Shown here: positions 1-16,521 of the stretch, in pieces
How the letters are laid out: each line of letters opens with the position of its first letter
How positions within the stretch are numbered: position 1 is the first letter of the stretch
From: Cycas panzhihuaensis
Lineage: Eukaryota > Plantae > Cycadophyta
Assembly: GCA_023213395.1 (NCBI GenBank)
Contig: CM041465.1
Location: 167,903,741-167,967,740, forward strand
DNA: 64,000 bases
Reading direction: 5' to 3'
Notes under the pieces: generated by a model
Seen by the model: only the letters and a program-made list of their open reading frames with translations
The model's database searches: none
Told to the model about the DNA's origin: nothing
Program-made: the position numbers and the translations under genes

Positions 1-896
1 TAGCCTTGGAAGAATGAAGTATATTATAGAAATATCTCACAAAGTCATGATTGAGTTCATCGTGACCTTGTTTCAATGATAAGAGAGCCTTAACCCACAT
101 TTGAAGGGTTAAGCTACATCAAAGTAGTTAATAAATTCATCAACTAGCTACTAGAAGGTAAAGATAGAATTAGAAAGGAGATGGTAGAACCATTTCAATG
201 TGTCTCCCTATAAGGATCTTAAAATTAGTTTCATTAAAATATAGTCGTAGGCCCAATAATTAATAGATGCCATGGCGAAACCTCTAACATGCTCAATTGG
301 TTTCTACGAGGAATTGCCATCAAACTTAGACACTTCAAGAGGATGAGGTGGTAGATTGGTCCTCAGAGCCTCGATGGACAAGGGAGTTAATTAGTAATCA
401 ACAAAAGGATAAACCCCAATTTGAGTTAACATATCAACTTGATATGTAGAGGGAGTTAGGTAGGGTTACCTACTCTCATTATATAGGGGATAAGAAGGTT
501 AACTATAAGAAGCATAAGGATTCCCACCTATTTGATGGGAAGAGGTCAACCCTATTTGGGGGTAGGACACATAAGAAATGAGTAAAAGGGTTTCATCCCA
601 CCATGAGGGTGTATCATATGCATAGTAGAAGTAAGTGGATATACATCCTAAGCAGTGTTACATAGGGATGAGAGATAGAAAGGGGAATGGATACCCCTTA
701 CAAAGGAACTACGTACGAAGTCGTACATGTGGTAGATGGTATGGGGTAAGAGATAGGGTTTTTCCTATAAGGTCTGCCTATAGGAGGTGCAACCCCATAT
801 GGATGGAGCAGGTTCACCCCATAAGTTGGAAGGGGGTTTAGCGCTCCATGCCCCTAAGGCCAGGAGGTATAACCTAGGGTCACATAGAGTAAAGGG
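1..896 (-). mobile_element. Gag region of Tat-like gypsy B, second tandem unit (continues off the left edge of the window)
   Basis: Collinear with about 32880-33730 (e.g. GACCTTGTTTCAATGATAAGAGAGCC in both). Sequence resumes at 24016 on the far side of the copia insertion. Confidence 0.9.
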
Positions 897-1193
897 TGAA
901 AAGAGTGGATCTATCCTTTATCTCCATGCACTAAACACAAGGGCAAACATGGGAGCAAGAGAGACTTGAGAGAAAGAGAGTTGCTCTCACAAAATGGGGA
1001 GGTAAGAATGAGCCTCTTCCATTGAGCTTTTACTTTATATTGAGAGAGGAAGCATTATAGTTAGGTGAAATGAAATTATACATAATGTACATAAAAGTGT
1101 ATTTCACTTAATTGATCTAATTTAAAGTTCACTTAAGACCCTTTTTAGAAATAATCAGTTAATATAATGATGTTGTGACTTTAACTTATTTCA
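897..1193 (-). repeat. Copia-1 3' LTR
   Basis: TG...CA ends; homologous to 23719-24015, 54255-54552 and 61371-61668. Confidence 0.95.
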
Positions 1194-1204
1194 ATCTCCC
1201 CCTT
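1194..1204 (-). promoter_or_regulatory. Polypurine tract of Copia-1
   Basis: Minus-strand AAGGGGGAGAT abutting the TG of the LTR. Confidence 0.9.
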
Positions 1205-1505
1205 AATGGTAGAAGGTCATTTCATCCTATTTTATTATATCCTATGAGGTCTTCATTTGAGATTCTTATAAAGCAAACTACTATGACACTTTTTCGGGAA
1301 GCCCTCATGGGGAAGAAAACCTATAAATTTTCTAATCTACTAACCTAGCTCAAGCTGCTTTTTAAATAAAGTTAGATATCCAATTAGTACAATGGATTTT
1401 GTACCTAAAATCTATTGAGTATCCATATACCATTTGGTCATCCTCCATACCTTTTCGGGTATTCATAGTTTCCAATTTTCTAAAATGATACAACCCTTAT
1501 CCTTT

Positions 1506-1589
1506 CATGCCCACAAGGGGTTTTCACGAATGGGATTTAGCAGAGACTTACACTTGTCCTTCCATGCCCACAAGGGGTTTTCACGAATG
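1506..1589. repeat. Perfect 27-bp direct repeat (period 57) in the Copia-1 3' UTR
   Basis: CATGCCCACAAGGGGTTTTCACGAATG at 1506-1532 and 1563-1589. Confidence 0.9.
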
Positions 1590-1619
1590 AGACAAAGCAT
1601 GATGGTCCTATTATCATCT

Positions 1620-4600
1620 CCTTTAATCAGTCAGAGATGGAGGCCCTAAGGATGAGTTACCTTTAGAATTATTTAAACTTCACCTTCTTTAGTGGTTTGG
1701 TGAAGATATTGGCCACTTGATCTACTCTAGGGCAGTACTTGAGTTGAATTGTGCCATCATGAACCAGTTCTATAATCCTATGGACTTTCATACTTATATA
1801 TTTGGTATGATCATGAAATACATGATTTTTAGCCATTTGGATTGTAGATTGATTATCTACATATAAGATAGTAGAACTTGTTTAGCTGGCATTTAATATA
1901 TTAAATAAATTTCTAAGTCATATCACCTCCTTACTTATCTTAGAAGGAACAATATATCTAGCTTTGGCAGTTGAGTCTGCAACTATCTTCTGCTATCTGG
2001 ATATCCATGATATTCATGCTATTCCAAGAAATGTTATGTATCTAGATATAGATTTGCCTGTATCTTTATCTTCGATAAAGTTTGAGTCAATGTATGAATA
2101 AAGTTTAAATTTTACATTGGATTCATATAATAGACCATATTTACTAGTCGTCTTTAGGTACCTCAACACTCCTATTATAGCTTACTAGTGATTCTACTTA
2201 GGATTATCATGAATCTTACAAGAATGCCAACAAAGCATGCAATATATGGCCTTGTGTTGTTAGTATAGATGAGACTACCTACAAGTTACCTATAGAGTGT
2301 TACGTCTCCCTCCCTAGTGTCACCATTAGTTGAGAGTTTTAATATTACGTTCCATAGGTGTAGCCACTATTTGAGCACCTTCCAACTAAAACTTTGTTAG
2401 AAGATTGTTGATATATTTTTCTTGGGAGAGAAAAAATTTTCCATTATTTTGAGTTACTTCAATTCCCAAGTAATATTTCATCAATTCAAGGTCAGACAAT
2501 TCAAAAGTTTCAGCAAGGTCCTTCTTCAACTGGCTGATTACCTATTCACTATTCCCTTTTATTAGCATATCATTTATAAAGATTAAGAGGTAAGTGACTT
2601 TATCATTTTGGAACTTAATGAATAATATTATATCAATATCTTAATAGTCACAAACCTCATATCCAAGTTGCTTCACTCTTTCAGATAATTTGATAAACTA
2701 AGCACGAGGGGCTTATTTTAGGCTATACAAGGACTTTCTAAGCCTGAAAACCTTTTGCTTTTGACCGACAATCTCATATCCTTCTGGCTGAGCCTTATAA
2801 ATTTTTTCTTGAAGGTCCCCATTAAGAAATGTAGTCTTAACATTGAGTTGGGGGATTTTCTAACCCTATTGAGCATCTAGGGCTATAAGAGTTCTGACTA
2901 TAGGGTACTTAGTTATAGGAGCAAAGATTTTAGTATGGTTGTTGACTTCCCTTTGCGTGAATCCTTTTGCTACCAACCTCACCTTGTGTTTTTCTAGGGT
3001 GCCATATGATTTATAATTATTTTTAAAGACCTATTTATTTTGAACTATCTTTTTTCTAAGTGGTAGATCAACAAGCTCCCATGTACTATTATTGATAAGA
3101 GATTGGTACTCTTTGTTCATGGAATTTCTCCAAGTTGTATGCTTTACAACTTCTTGGTAAATTAGAGGTTCTTCATTAAAAGAAAGGTGTAGTTCTACTG
3201 GTTCAAGCTTAATAGATAGTGATTCATGTATCGTTGCTCTATGGGCACTTCTAGTACTAGTTTTTCCTACCTCATCTAGTTGTATGTCCTTGTTTAGCTA
3301 GTAGGCTTCACGAAAACCTCAAGTTGGGAATGAGGTTTTCATTTCCACAACCTCTTGGTCTTTGTTTTGTTCCTAAAAAGAATCATGTGAAATGTTTAGC
3401 ACATAGGAAGTTGATGATACTGGAGAAGATGGGCCAACTACTGATGTTAGAAAAAGATGGTCCTTCTGCTATGGCTTTACCTTTGTCAACTTGGCTGTTT
3501 ATAAATAATGGTACTAGATGTGTACACATTGGATGAGAGTCATAACTTGTATCCTTCAAGGATCTATTATCATATTCCAAGATTTTAAATAACTATTGAG
3601 TATCAACCCCTCTAAAATTTAGAATTTAGACATCAAATTTAGTCGCATCATTAAATCAGTATGAAGTTATCTTACAATTAAGTTTGAGTAATTGATCTTT
3701 AGTCTTTACAAAGATAAAATCTTTAGTGATGATAATTTTGTATTGTAAAGTTATAAAAACCTTGTACCCCTTTTGTCCATAGGGTATCTGACAAGGATAC
3801 CTTTGAGGGTTCTATCTTGGAGCTTGTTTCTATGTTCCTTCAGAATGTGAGTATAACAAGTAACTTAAAAAATTCTGAAGTGGGAGATACAAGGAGCTTG
3901 TCCATACTATATTTCATATGGAAAGGGGCTGAGCTTGGAGGGACTAACAGAGTTGATGCAATACACAGCAGTGCAGATAGCCTCAACACAAAGATAGACA
4001 AGGATGTTCTTATATACCAGCATAGCACGAGCCATGTTTATGATGATCTTATTCATATGCTTGGCAACTTCATTTTCTTGGGTATACCAATAATAGTAGT
4101 TTGATATTTGATTCCATGCTACCATAGGTATGATTTAAACTTATTAGATATGTACTTGCCACCATTATCAGTCCTGAGTATTTTGATCTTGAATCTAGAT
4201 TCATTTTCCATGCGGGCCTTAAAAGCTTGAAATATAAAAAAATCATCATCTTTCTTTTCCAGAAAAGAAACCAATCCTTTGTTGGTAAAATCATTAATGA
4301 AAGTAATATAGTACCACTTCTTTTTGAGAGAAGGAATGAATATAGGACTGTATATATCTAAGTGTACAAGCTGTAAAGGTTGGCTAGATTTCCACTGACT
4401 AAGAGAAAAGGGTTGTCTTTGAGATTTGGCAATGATACATGCTTTGCATTTAAAGGGCTTAGAGGAGAGCCTAGGCATACTAGGAAGAGTGGAATATAGT
4501 TCTTTTAAATGATCAATTTTGATATGGCACACATGAGCATGCCATAGGACCACTTGGGACAACTTTGAGAAATTAGGTTTGTGGTAAAAGCAGAGTCATC

Positions 4601-6189
4601 ATCAACATAGTTAGCTTTACAGGATGGTGAGCTAGTTAGGTGAAAAATCTTGCCATCAAGAATTCTAGTCATAACCATAATAGTTGAAGAAGGGTGAATG
4701 ACATAGAGAGTTTCATTATTTGTAGTTACACTCATATTAAAACCATGAGAGACAAGGGTGGACAACGAGAGCAGGTTATACTTTAGAGCATGAATATATA
4801 AAACATCAATAAGGGTAAAATTTGGAAGGCCTAGGAGTTTTAGGAAAATAGTTCCAAGTCCTTCAACTGGCTGAGATGATTTTTCAGTTATGTGTACAAC
4901 ACCACAAACTTTAGAGTCAAAATCTTGAAAGAATTAACAATGACAAGTCATGTGTTGTGTTTCTCCAATATCCATGATCCAAGGTGATGTATTTGAGATG
5001 GTACTATTTGGAACTCCAAGTTGTAAAGGCAAAAGTAAATAAGCATAGCCATAATGAGCCTCAATATACTTAGTGGATCTATTAACAACATTTAATGAAG
5101 TGATCCCAATTCTTTAAAGGTGTGCATGAGAAAATTGCTTTCCACCAAAAGCATCCTCAAAAGAAGTATTATCAACATTATATGTACTATGGTACTATTG
5201 ATAGCTTAGTAGTTTGTTAGTAGAAGTTCTATAATTTTTGGCATAATGTCCTTTTCTATTACACCTTTGGCATACAATTATTTGATTTCTAGTCCCATAA
5301 GAAGTATTAGACTGGTTGGATTATTTCTGATTACTAGATCTAGGTCCAGGTTGATTTTTTGGCCTTGGCCTTGAGACTATTTTTGTTGGAGTTGAAGAGC
5401 CTATTGACCAAGAGGACATTGTCCTTGTTATCTACCTCTACCTCTTCCATGGGAATTACCACCTCTACGAGAGTATTGACCTTGATTTTTGGTATCAAAA
5501 ATATCTTCTTCCACTTTAAAAGCAACATCAGCTGGATCAGATGTAGTGCAAAAGTTGGTATCAAAAGTCTTATCAAATTTAATGAACTTATCAACAAGAT
5601 CCTCAAAGTTTGGGGTCTTTAAAGTGCCACTAGATTAAAGGCTTCCTAATAGATTTTTGTAATCTAAGATATAGAGATATGACTAAATTAAGAAAGCCTA
5701 TGTAATGTATTGAGTTTTGAAATCTTTATCAATGGCTTACATGATTAGATGGAGGAGATTGATTGTCTCACTTATATATCCTTTCTATATTTTTAATTTG
5801 TTCATCTTTAGCACCAAGTGAACAAATTCTAAGTCTGATTTAGTGTCAAAGTTATTTTTAAGAACTTCAAGAATTTTCCATGCTATATCATGTATAACTT
5901 TATCAAGGAGATTATGCAGAGAATAATTAGTGACAAAAAGTATCCTTGCATGGATTTTATCATCATCAAGTTCCTATTAGCATTTAGCTACAACTTAAAT
6001 GGAAGCAATTGGAGCACCTCCTCCAGAAGTAGCTGAAGTAGGTATAGTTATAACAAATAGTGTAGGTTATAAGTGATCTCTCTAAAGACCTTCATACTTT
6101 GCAACATTTCTGACACCAGTGAATCACATATCTTAATTTTCTTTCCCTTTAAGAATGTAGTTCAGATTTTACTTGAACTGTGAAGACAT
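1620..6189 (-). pseudogene. Copia-1 gag-pol (degenerate)
   Basis: ATG at 6189; zinc knuckle CQRCNRKGH near 5270; protease-like WIMDIG..HMT near 4980; LWHAHVCH...CKAC...LQLVHLDI...KILRTDNGGKY (ORF 4119-4562); RT (LRKSLYSLK) and RNase H (DQVANIFTKPL) toward 1700. Many stop codons. Confidence 0.93.
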
Positions 6190-6500
6190 GGTGTCTTTTG
6201 AGAAGGGAGGAAATAAACAAGGGACTATAAAATTGATGGTAATAAATATCCAATCACTATTTATAAATAGGAGATATAATGAAGTAGTATAGCAGAAGGA
6301 AGAAGAAGTGAGAATGGTTACTCAAAGATGAAGGGAGTAACTTAGAGAAAATTCACCAACACTTATGACAAATAATAACCTGACACAGTATGAATATGAG
6401 AAGCACTATGATGGAAATTAACCACTAACACTTCTAAAAAATATTAACCCGATGCAGTAGGAATATGAGAAGCACTATGATTATGATTACACTATGCATC

Positions 6501-9373
<2,873 letters not shown>

Positions 9374-9393
9374 CTCGTGACTATACTGGGGAC
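9374..9393 (+). promoter_or_regulatory. PBS of gypsy A (degenerate TGGCGAC...CTGGGGAC type, Arg-tRNA-like as in Tat/Ogre)
   Basis: CTCGTGACTATACTGGGGAC directly after the LTR; same motif at both B LTR junctions. Confidence 0.7.
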
Positions 9394-9633
9394 TTGCCAG
9401 TAAGGGAGCTAGTTCCTATCTCTTTTTGTTGGTACTACTACCTTTTCAAGTGGCCTTTTCCACTTATCTCTTTCGTTGGGTAGCCCCCAACATGTACTTT
9501 ACATTTCTCTTTCCTCTTCTAATGCTTTGGCAAGTTTTATATACGCCGTTTCTCACATCGCCTACGTAGTTTACCTCCATTGTTAGAAGGCCCTACATAT
9601 TGTCTTCTTTCATCATCAGATTCTGATTCGATA

Positions 9634-12600
9634 ATGGAAGGATACCCTTTAGATTGGGCTTATTATGCCTTTGCTTCAAGAGCTCATGAGTTCCCCACAT
9701 CCATTCCGGGATCCACCTAAGAGGGTGATGATCCTATTTACTATCTGGGTGATCAACATCACCCGCTTGATGCCCATCCCTCTACTCATACAGTAGAGGG
9801 CCTATCTTCTTTTGAGATTCATCACCCAGCTAGTGATTCTTGTGAGGAGTACCCTGAGGGTTCTACTTCATATGAGGTCCCGTTTAATTCCTACGATCAT
9901 GTAGATACCTCTCCTGCTGATGTGGTTGAAGCCCTTAGTAAGTGATTTTGTGTTGCTCGTCTTCAATCACGTCTTAGATGGTTTGAAAATATCTTACGTG
10001 GTGGGGCATCTTTCTCGTCTATGCCTGTCCCACCATCTTCATCCGCATCTATACCTCCCACAACAAGTAACCCCTTTGTGCCTACATATTCATCTCGCTC
10101 TATTCTTACATCTACCTTAGGAACGTCTATCGCACCTTCTATCCCTCATCATGGTCCCATCTCTTCAGGACCCTCTCGTGGTATGTCTTTCTCCCAGCTT
10201 GGGGTTAGCATACCTTTTCCTAGTCAAGCCAATATGCCACCTCCCAACGTGGCTTATGCATTTCCTAGTAGGCTTAGAGGTCCTACTAGCACCCCAATTA
10301 CTAGTCATGTGGGATCTGCTCCCACGTATACTCAAATTTAACCTAATGGTCCTTCTCTTTATATACCCCTAGGATATACTTCTCAACTTTGGGGGCATGG
10401 TAAAGGGAACCATATTCTAGCTTACAGGGTGGACCTGTTCCATCCATATGGGGTTGTGCCACCCACACACGGCGTATATGGATAAAACCTGGTTCCTCAC
10501 CTTTCCTTTCCTTCATCCTTCATAGCTCCTCACACTGCGCCTTTGTAAGGAAACCCAACTTCCTTTCAAAGCACCTACCCTCAAGTCCCTTTCCAATAAG
10601 AGACATTTCCTCAAGGAGAGATAGGTCTACCACCCCTATCCATTCCTTGTCCATTATCTCCTACATCATTTTCTGATCCTATGATCTAGGCGAGGGTACA
10701 TCCATTCATGGATTATAGATCAACACCATTATCTATTGAGGTGTTAAGAACCAATTTGCTGCCTCATCCCCCCAAAGTTCCTAAGTTCGATGGAACTTCA
10801 TCACAGGATCCAACAGAGCACGTCTGTAGTTTCTCTATAGCGTGCATTGATTACTGGGCCTATGATCATATACTAATGAAATTATTTCCACGATCCTTAT
10901 AAGACGATGCCCTTAAATATTTTATTGCCTGCCTACCCATTCCATTTTCTCATTCTAGCAACTTGTGGACGAGTTCATCAACTATTTTGGTGTGGCTCGT
11001 CCATTTAAAAGTGGAATGAAATCCTTTCTTTCGCTTAAACAAGGTCAAGATGAAATGAATCATGACTTTGTGTAATGATTTCATGACCTCCTCCATTTCA
11101 CTAAGCCTACTTTGCTCGAGGAATTGAAGAGGGACCTCTTTGTTAATGCACTCCACCCTGAAGTCCATGTGGAAGTCGTTAAGATGGGGGCGACTACATG
11201 TGATTCTGCTATCGCAAAGTGCTTAATGCTTGAGGCTATTGAGATCTAGGCTGGACTCAAGAAGCCTCTTAAGCCCTCATAATGGCGTGAGGCACCGCCC
11301 CAAACCAAAGAAACCAAACCACAATAATCCACTAGGTCCTCTTCTCATCCGACTGAGAAGACCCTAGACCCACTCACTTCTGCTATACATTCATTTGGGC
11401 ATACGATGAAGGAACTTAAACTACAAGCCCCTTCATCACCCACTTTGAATAAACAAATCCAACAATCTGCTCAAGCTGCTCTCCCTAAAGGCGGTAATAC
11501 CCAGTCCTCTCAAGGAAGGAAACCAGATCCCTTGCTTGAGAAGAAGTGGTGTTCCTTTCATGGGGAGTGTTTCCACGACAACTTACATTGTAGGGCTCAA
11601 CATCCTAAGGATGCCTTACAACGTGACTCATCTCATAAACGGGCTTCAAGGCCCAACCTAGACCAACCGGTCCACAAGGATCTGTTCCCCAAACATGGGG
11701 AACGTGATCGTAATACTCAAACCAAAAACAACAAGAACTGGGAGATATCTCTGAATTCCCGTCCTTCACATGGTAAAGAGAAGGGCGCCCAGGATTTGTC
11801 TTCTTCCTCATGTTCCCCCAACCGACGTACTCCCTCACCTTCACGGTCCCGGAATAAGGGAAAGAAGGTGATCTAAATACTTGAGGCCACTCCCTTATAT
11901 GCCCTCACTCAGTCTCAATCTGCTAAAGAAGCAGTCGGTGCTTCTTCCTCTGCTCTGCACTCTGATCCTCTTCTGGAAACCTCTCTTTAGGAAGTTCTTT
12001 TACTTCCCAAGACTATTCCTATTCATCTAGGTCGCTACGATTTCAGGAGAGCCCTTCCTCAATTCATAGTGAAAGGGAAGGCCTTTTCTGTCATCGACGA
12101 GCTTTGTACTATGGCCGCTAGGATGTCCATTATGGATGTCTTGAGAAGTTGTCTTGAACAACGAACTCTCCTTTTGGAAGCTTTAGGGTTGAGTGACATG
12201 CCCATTCATGCTTTGGGTATTACCCAAAGCCATGAGCCTGTTATTTCCTTCGACCCTAAAGACCTTCCCCCCGCTTGTGAAAGGGAATGCCAATGGAACT
12301 TCCCTTTCACTATCATTATTGACACACCAGACTGTACCTTACAAAGGACTGTTATCGACAATGGTTCTTCTGTTAATGCTATGCCCTTGCACGTTATACA
12401 AGAGCTTGGCATTTCTGCCTTGAAACCTGTTCCATGGCAATGCCAAGGCTACGATGGTAGCAAAAAGACTCCATTGGGATCAGTTTTGATCTCGTTCACT
12501 CTCGAGTGCAATACTATCCTCACTGACATTGTAGTCCTTGACGTAGACATCGACTACAATCTTCTCTTAGGTCGACCATGGCTCGATCAGATGGGAGTTA

Positions 12601-13871
12601 TGTGTTTGACCTACTGGAGGCAACTTAAGTTTGTCCATGATGGATGAATGAGGGTTGTTTCCCATGAACACCCACCTGTCAAACAAACTCATCCTACCAA
12701 CCAAGCAAGCCATGGCCATACGAAGGGGGATGAAGGCCCTTCTACTCATGCCTCGACTTACTCCATCAGCATACCTGATTCATCCCATCTTGAAGAAGAT
12801 CCTACATCTTCTTCCTCTAGCCTTATTTACTTTACTCCTATCGGTGTTGGGAGTTACAGGTACCTTATCCTGTTTAGTGATGATGAGTCCTAGGATAAGG
12901 ACGAGGACTTTCCTCACCCTATCTCCTTTGTGCGTACTAGTAGGAGATACCCTCCTTGTTCTAGGTCCCAACCTAGAACTCCCCTTGTTGGAGAGACCAG
13001 TCACCCCCTTATGTCACATGTCATCGCACGCATTGACCCACAGGTCCTTGATTCTTCCTCTCCATCCCCCCTCGTAGGTGATGGCCTCGAGGAACTTCCT
13101 TTTACTCTTTCCGAGGAGCCCCTACCTAACTCTCCCGTAGAGTCTTTTGGGGATATTGGGCAGCCTATTGACCCCCATGGTCCCGTTGCTCCTACTTCCT
13201 CTAGCATCTCATCTATTTGAAGTAAGGTCATCCACGGGGTGGATTACTTCGAAGATGATGAGGCCTTACTTGAGTACTTAGCGAGCTCCGTGCCCAACTT
13301 TCCTTCTGGTCACCATAGGCTTGGCCACTAGAAGGTCTTGGCAATTGGGTCCACACTTACTGACCTAATTCCATCCCCTGTTCCATCTCTTCCTATTGAC
13401 CTTGCCCCTCTCCATTTCGAGGAGGGGAATGCCATGTGCATGGGGGTTACCCAGGACATAGTCCTAGCCCCAAGTAAGATCATTAAGGTTGGGGTGGAAT
13501 GCTCTCCTAATGAGGTAAGAGAATATTCTCTTTTGTTCTAAGAATTTTGGGATGTCTTTATATGGGATCACTCTGACATGAAGGGAATCAAACCCTCCAT
13601 CGTCACCCACAATCTTACTACCATTCTTGGCACCCGCCCCGTGCGCTAGAAATAACATACTCTCCATCCTAAACTCTCAGCCACCGTCAAGATGGAGGTT
13701 GAGAAACTTTTGGATGTAGGACTCATTACTTCTATTGACTACCCCAAATGGGTTGGCCCTTTTGTCGTTCTCGAGAGTCTCGATAAGGACACCTATAGAA
13801 TCACCACTCTGGAGGGCCTTAAATTTGAGAAAGCTGTTAGTGGGAAATTCCTTAAGAAATTCTACATATGA
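9634..13871 (+). pseudogene. Gypsy A gag-protease with RT N-terminus fused to integrase C-terminus
   Basis: Gag core PKFDGT..DP.EH...KLFPRSL (10708-10902); C-x2-H-x4-H-x4-C knuckle WCSFHGECFHDNLHC; protease VIDNGSSVN...LLLGRPWL (12069-12647); RT start EFWDVFIWDHSDMKGI...EVEKLLDVGLI; then GPFVV...TYRITTLEG...FLKKFYI*. Confidence 0.9.
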
Positions 13872-14589
13872 CTTGATCATCACCTTATTCACACTCCGAA
13901 ATGAGCCTAAACTACCATCCTAAGCTTGTTCCCATTCCTCCTAGCCACGAGTGGAATGACAACTTAGGGTGGCCCTCTCGTTCCTTTTTGGTTCCTCCCA
14001 TGGAATCCTCATTCCCTTCCTCTTAGGAACCACATCCTCCTATTTGGGCATTCCCTAATTAGGATGACATTTTTAGAGTATCGTCACTCCTGTCCTTTTA
14101 GTATTTCCTTTGTGTATCCTGCTATGCTCCCATGTGGACATGCGTATGGCCTTGTTTCCTAGCCCCACATATACCTATCACCTCTACTCATGGTGATCGT
14201 GTGTGCTCCTGTTGGGAACATGGTCTCGCATGAAAGGAAATATGCATAAGTAAACATCATAACAAAGAACTCATACAATAATAAGCTCAAAGTGCAATCA
14301 TACATATCCTTGTGCACCCGTGCACCCTCATATACATACATAAACGTGTAAATAGAAACATACATATCATCTATCATATATCATGATACACGTCATCATA
14401 TACCAAATGGGGTACCAATCACCCTGTCTATATACATAAAAAATAATCATGTGTCATATCATACAAACAGTATGATACATCATCCATAGGAAGCCAGTGC
14501 CCTTGCAGGGAGAGGACAATTATGTGACTATATATGGTGACTCCGTGGAGGTCCGTGCTTTCCCCTAGCTAAAACAAAAATACATATAC

Positions 14590-16521
14590 ACTACTCTACT
14601 ACTGCCCCACACCTGGGGCATCATCTCCTGGTCGATGTGATCCCTCTCCTGGGGACCACATCCTTCTGAGACTCCTCCTCAATCTCTGTGAGCCTCCTGC
14701 CTTGCTCTCCTCATCCCGTGGCCTCCTCGAGGTCATCGCCATCGTGTGGGTCTATGTCCTGCTCCGCATCGACCTCGATGCCACCTCATCCACTAGTCGA
14801 TCGTATCAGGCTTGGATATGATCTCGCTCTATCTCCACGAGGTGGAGCCTCTCCTCCATCCCCCTTAGTCACCCCTCCATTACTGCTAGCCAGATATGGT
14901 TCTCCATATCCCCTCTAGCTCCTCCTTGAGCCTCCAGCACCTGTATCTAGCTTTGTAGAGCATCCCTCTCTACTCGGGTGGTGTCCAACTTTGCCTGCTG
15001 CCGTCCTACACATACCTCATGCTCTTGGGACTCTGCAACCCATATATCTCTTACCCTTATCAATGGGACGAATGCTGCTGTATGGCCGCTTATCAATCTG
15101 GGCTCATCACCCTCCTAGATGAGAGGTTGCTCCTCTGTGTAGGCTTGAGAGAATATCTCTTGTACTACTGCCTTTACTAGTCTTTGGAAATCTACTATAC
15201 CTGCAAATCTAGAATATCATGTATCAGTATATGTCAATACACATATTATACTAAAAATTAAACTATATATACATCTAACAATCAAACGATGATAGGAGAA
15301 GGTCATGTCTCACTTGGTGCGGCTATCAGCTCCTCTACTCAGGTGGCTGCCTCTGCCTCAGGCACTCCACCAGCTGTAGGTATCTCCTCCTCCTCTGGTA
15401 CCTCCTCTGCCACTGCCTCAGCAACTGGGGCATCCCTCCTCTCTACCACTGGTACAACTACCTCTTCAGACTTCCTGACGATCCATAGCTTGCGAGCCCG
15501 TGTCACTAGACCCTTGCTCTCCTTTGCAGCTCTTGATGGGCCTGCCTCTCCACCTGTAGTCCCTGATGGACCTGCCCCTTTGCCCGTGGTCCCTAATGGA
15601 CTTGCCTCACCTGTAGCTCATGATGGGCTAGCCCCATCACCTCCATCACTGCCCTTGTCATATCTTGGTGGTACTCCTGCCCTGGTTGCCTCGTCATCGC
15701 TATTCCACCTCACCGCTCTATATGGATCCGCTATGTAGTCTGTCATGGTGAGGAGGTCTAGTGATGTAGCCTCCACTGAGTGACAGACATGTGCCTGGTC
15801 CTTGGTCCCTCTCAACTTAGTCTGCCATCTGTTCACCATCAGGGCCCACTCTGAGATAGGGTGTGGTCCCCCTGTCGGTGCCACTACTCCAAAGTGGTCA
15901 AAGAACCAGCACTGTAGTAACATACTATATGATAGTCCGCCCCTCCCTGCTATCCAAATGGCATCCAGTTATGCGACGAGGTTTGTTACTATGAGGGTAG
16001 CCTATTCCATCCTCTCTCCCACCTCGCACTGACATACCGCATTCATCCATCCTCTCGGTATATCCCTATAGTTCTATTTCTGGGATATCCGGAACATAAT
16101 GCACAGTGTAATCAGCTTCCTTACCCGAAGGAACTCTCGACATCACCATGGTCTGGAGAGGAATTCCTCGTATCTCCCACCTATTCGAGCCTGTGAAGAA
16201 TGTGGCAGCCTCCCTGTGTGCTACCTCATTGCTGGGCAGTGCTCCTGGTGTTACCAGCCTCCTTGTCACTAGTACTCCTAGTATCCTCCTGATGTCTCCG
16301 GACATCACTGATACATACCTCACTTGGGGTAAGTGGAAGACATGTCTCTATCTGTCCCAGTGTGATACTATATCTATAAGTAATTGCTGATCCGATATGT
16401 ACTGGGGTGTCCTCGTGACCTTCAGTAGGCCATATCTCAGCAGGGTCTCCCTGTCCTCTCTCGACATCATCTCAATGAAACTGAGCATCACCATACCTAT
16501 GTTCTCGTGGTTCTCCACCAT
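14590..16521 (-). pseudogene. Antisense Plant Mobile Domain (aminotransferase-like/PMD) gene with acidic low-complexity and coiled-coil-like C-terminus; predicted intron 15201-15313
   Basis: From ATG 16521: ...DQQLLIDIVSHWDR*RHVFHLPQVRYVSVMSGDIRRILGV (PMD pattern D..L..L...W....H.FHLP....T..DV..ILG), and later LLQCWFFDHFG. An AT-rich GTGAG...TTTGCAG intron interrupts GC-rich coding-like sequence. It has stops and a frameshift; the 3' end is approximate. Confidence 0.8.

Noticed and set aside
15289-15738. 149-aa Ser/Ala/Pro-rich plus-strand ORF
   Set aside because: Antisense shadow of the low-complexity part of the PMD gene.
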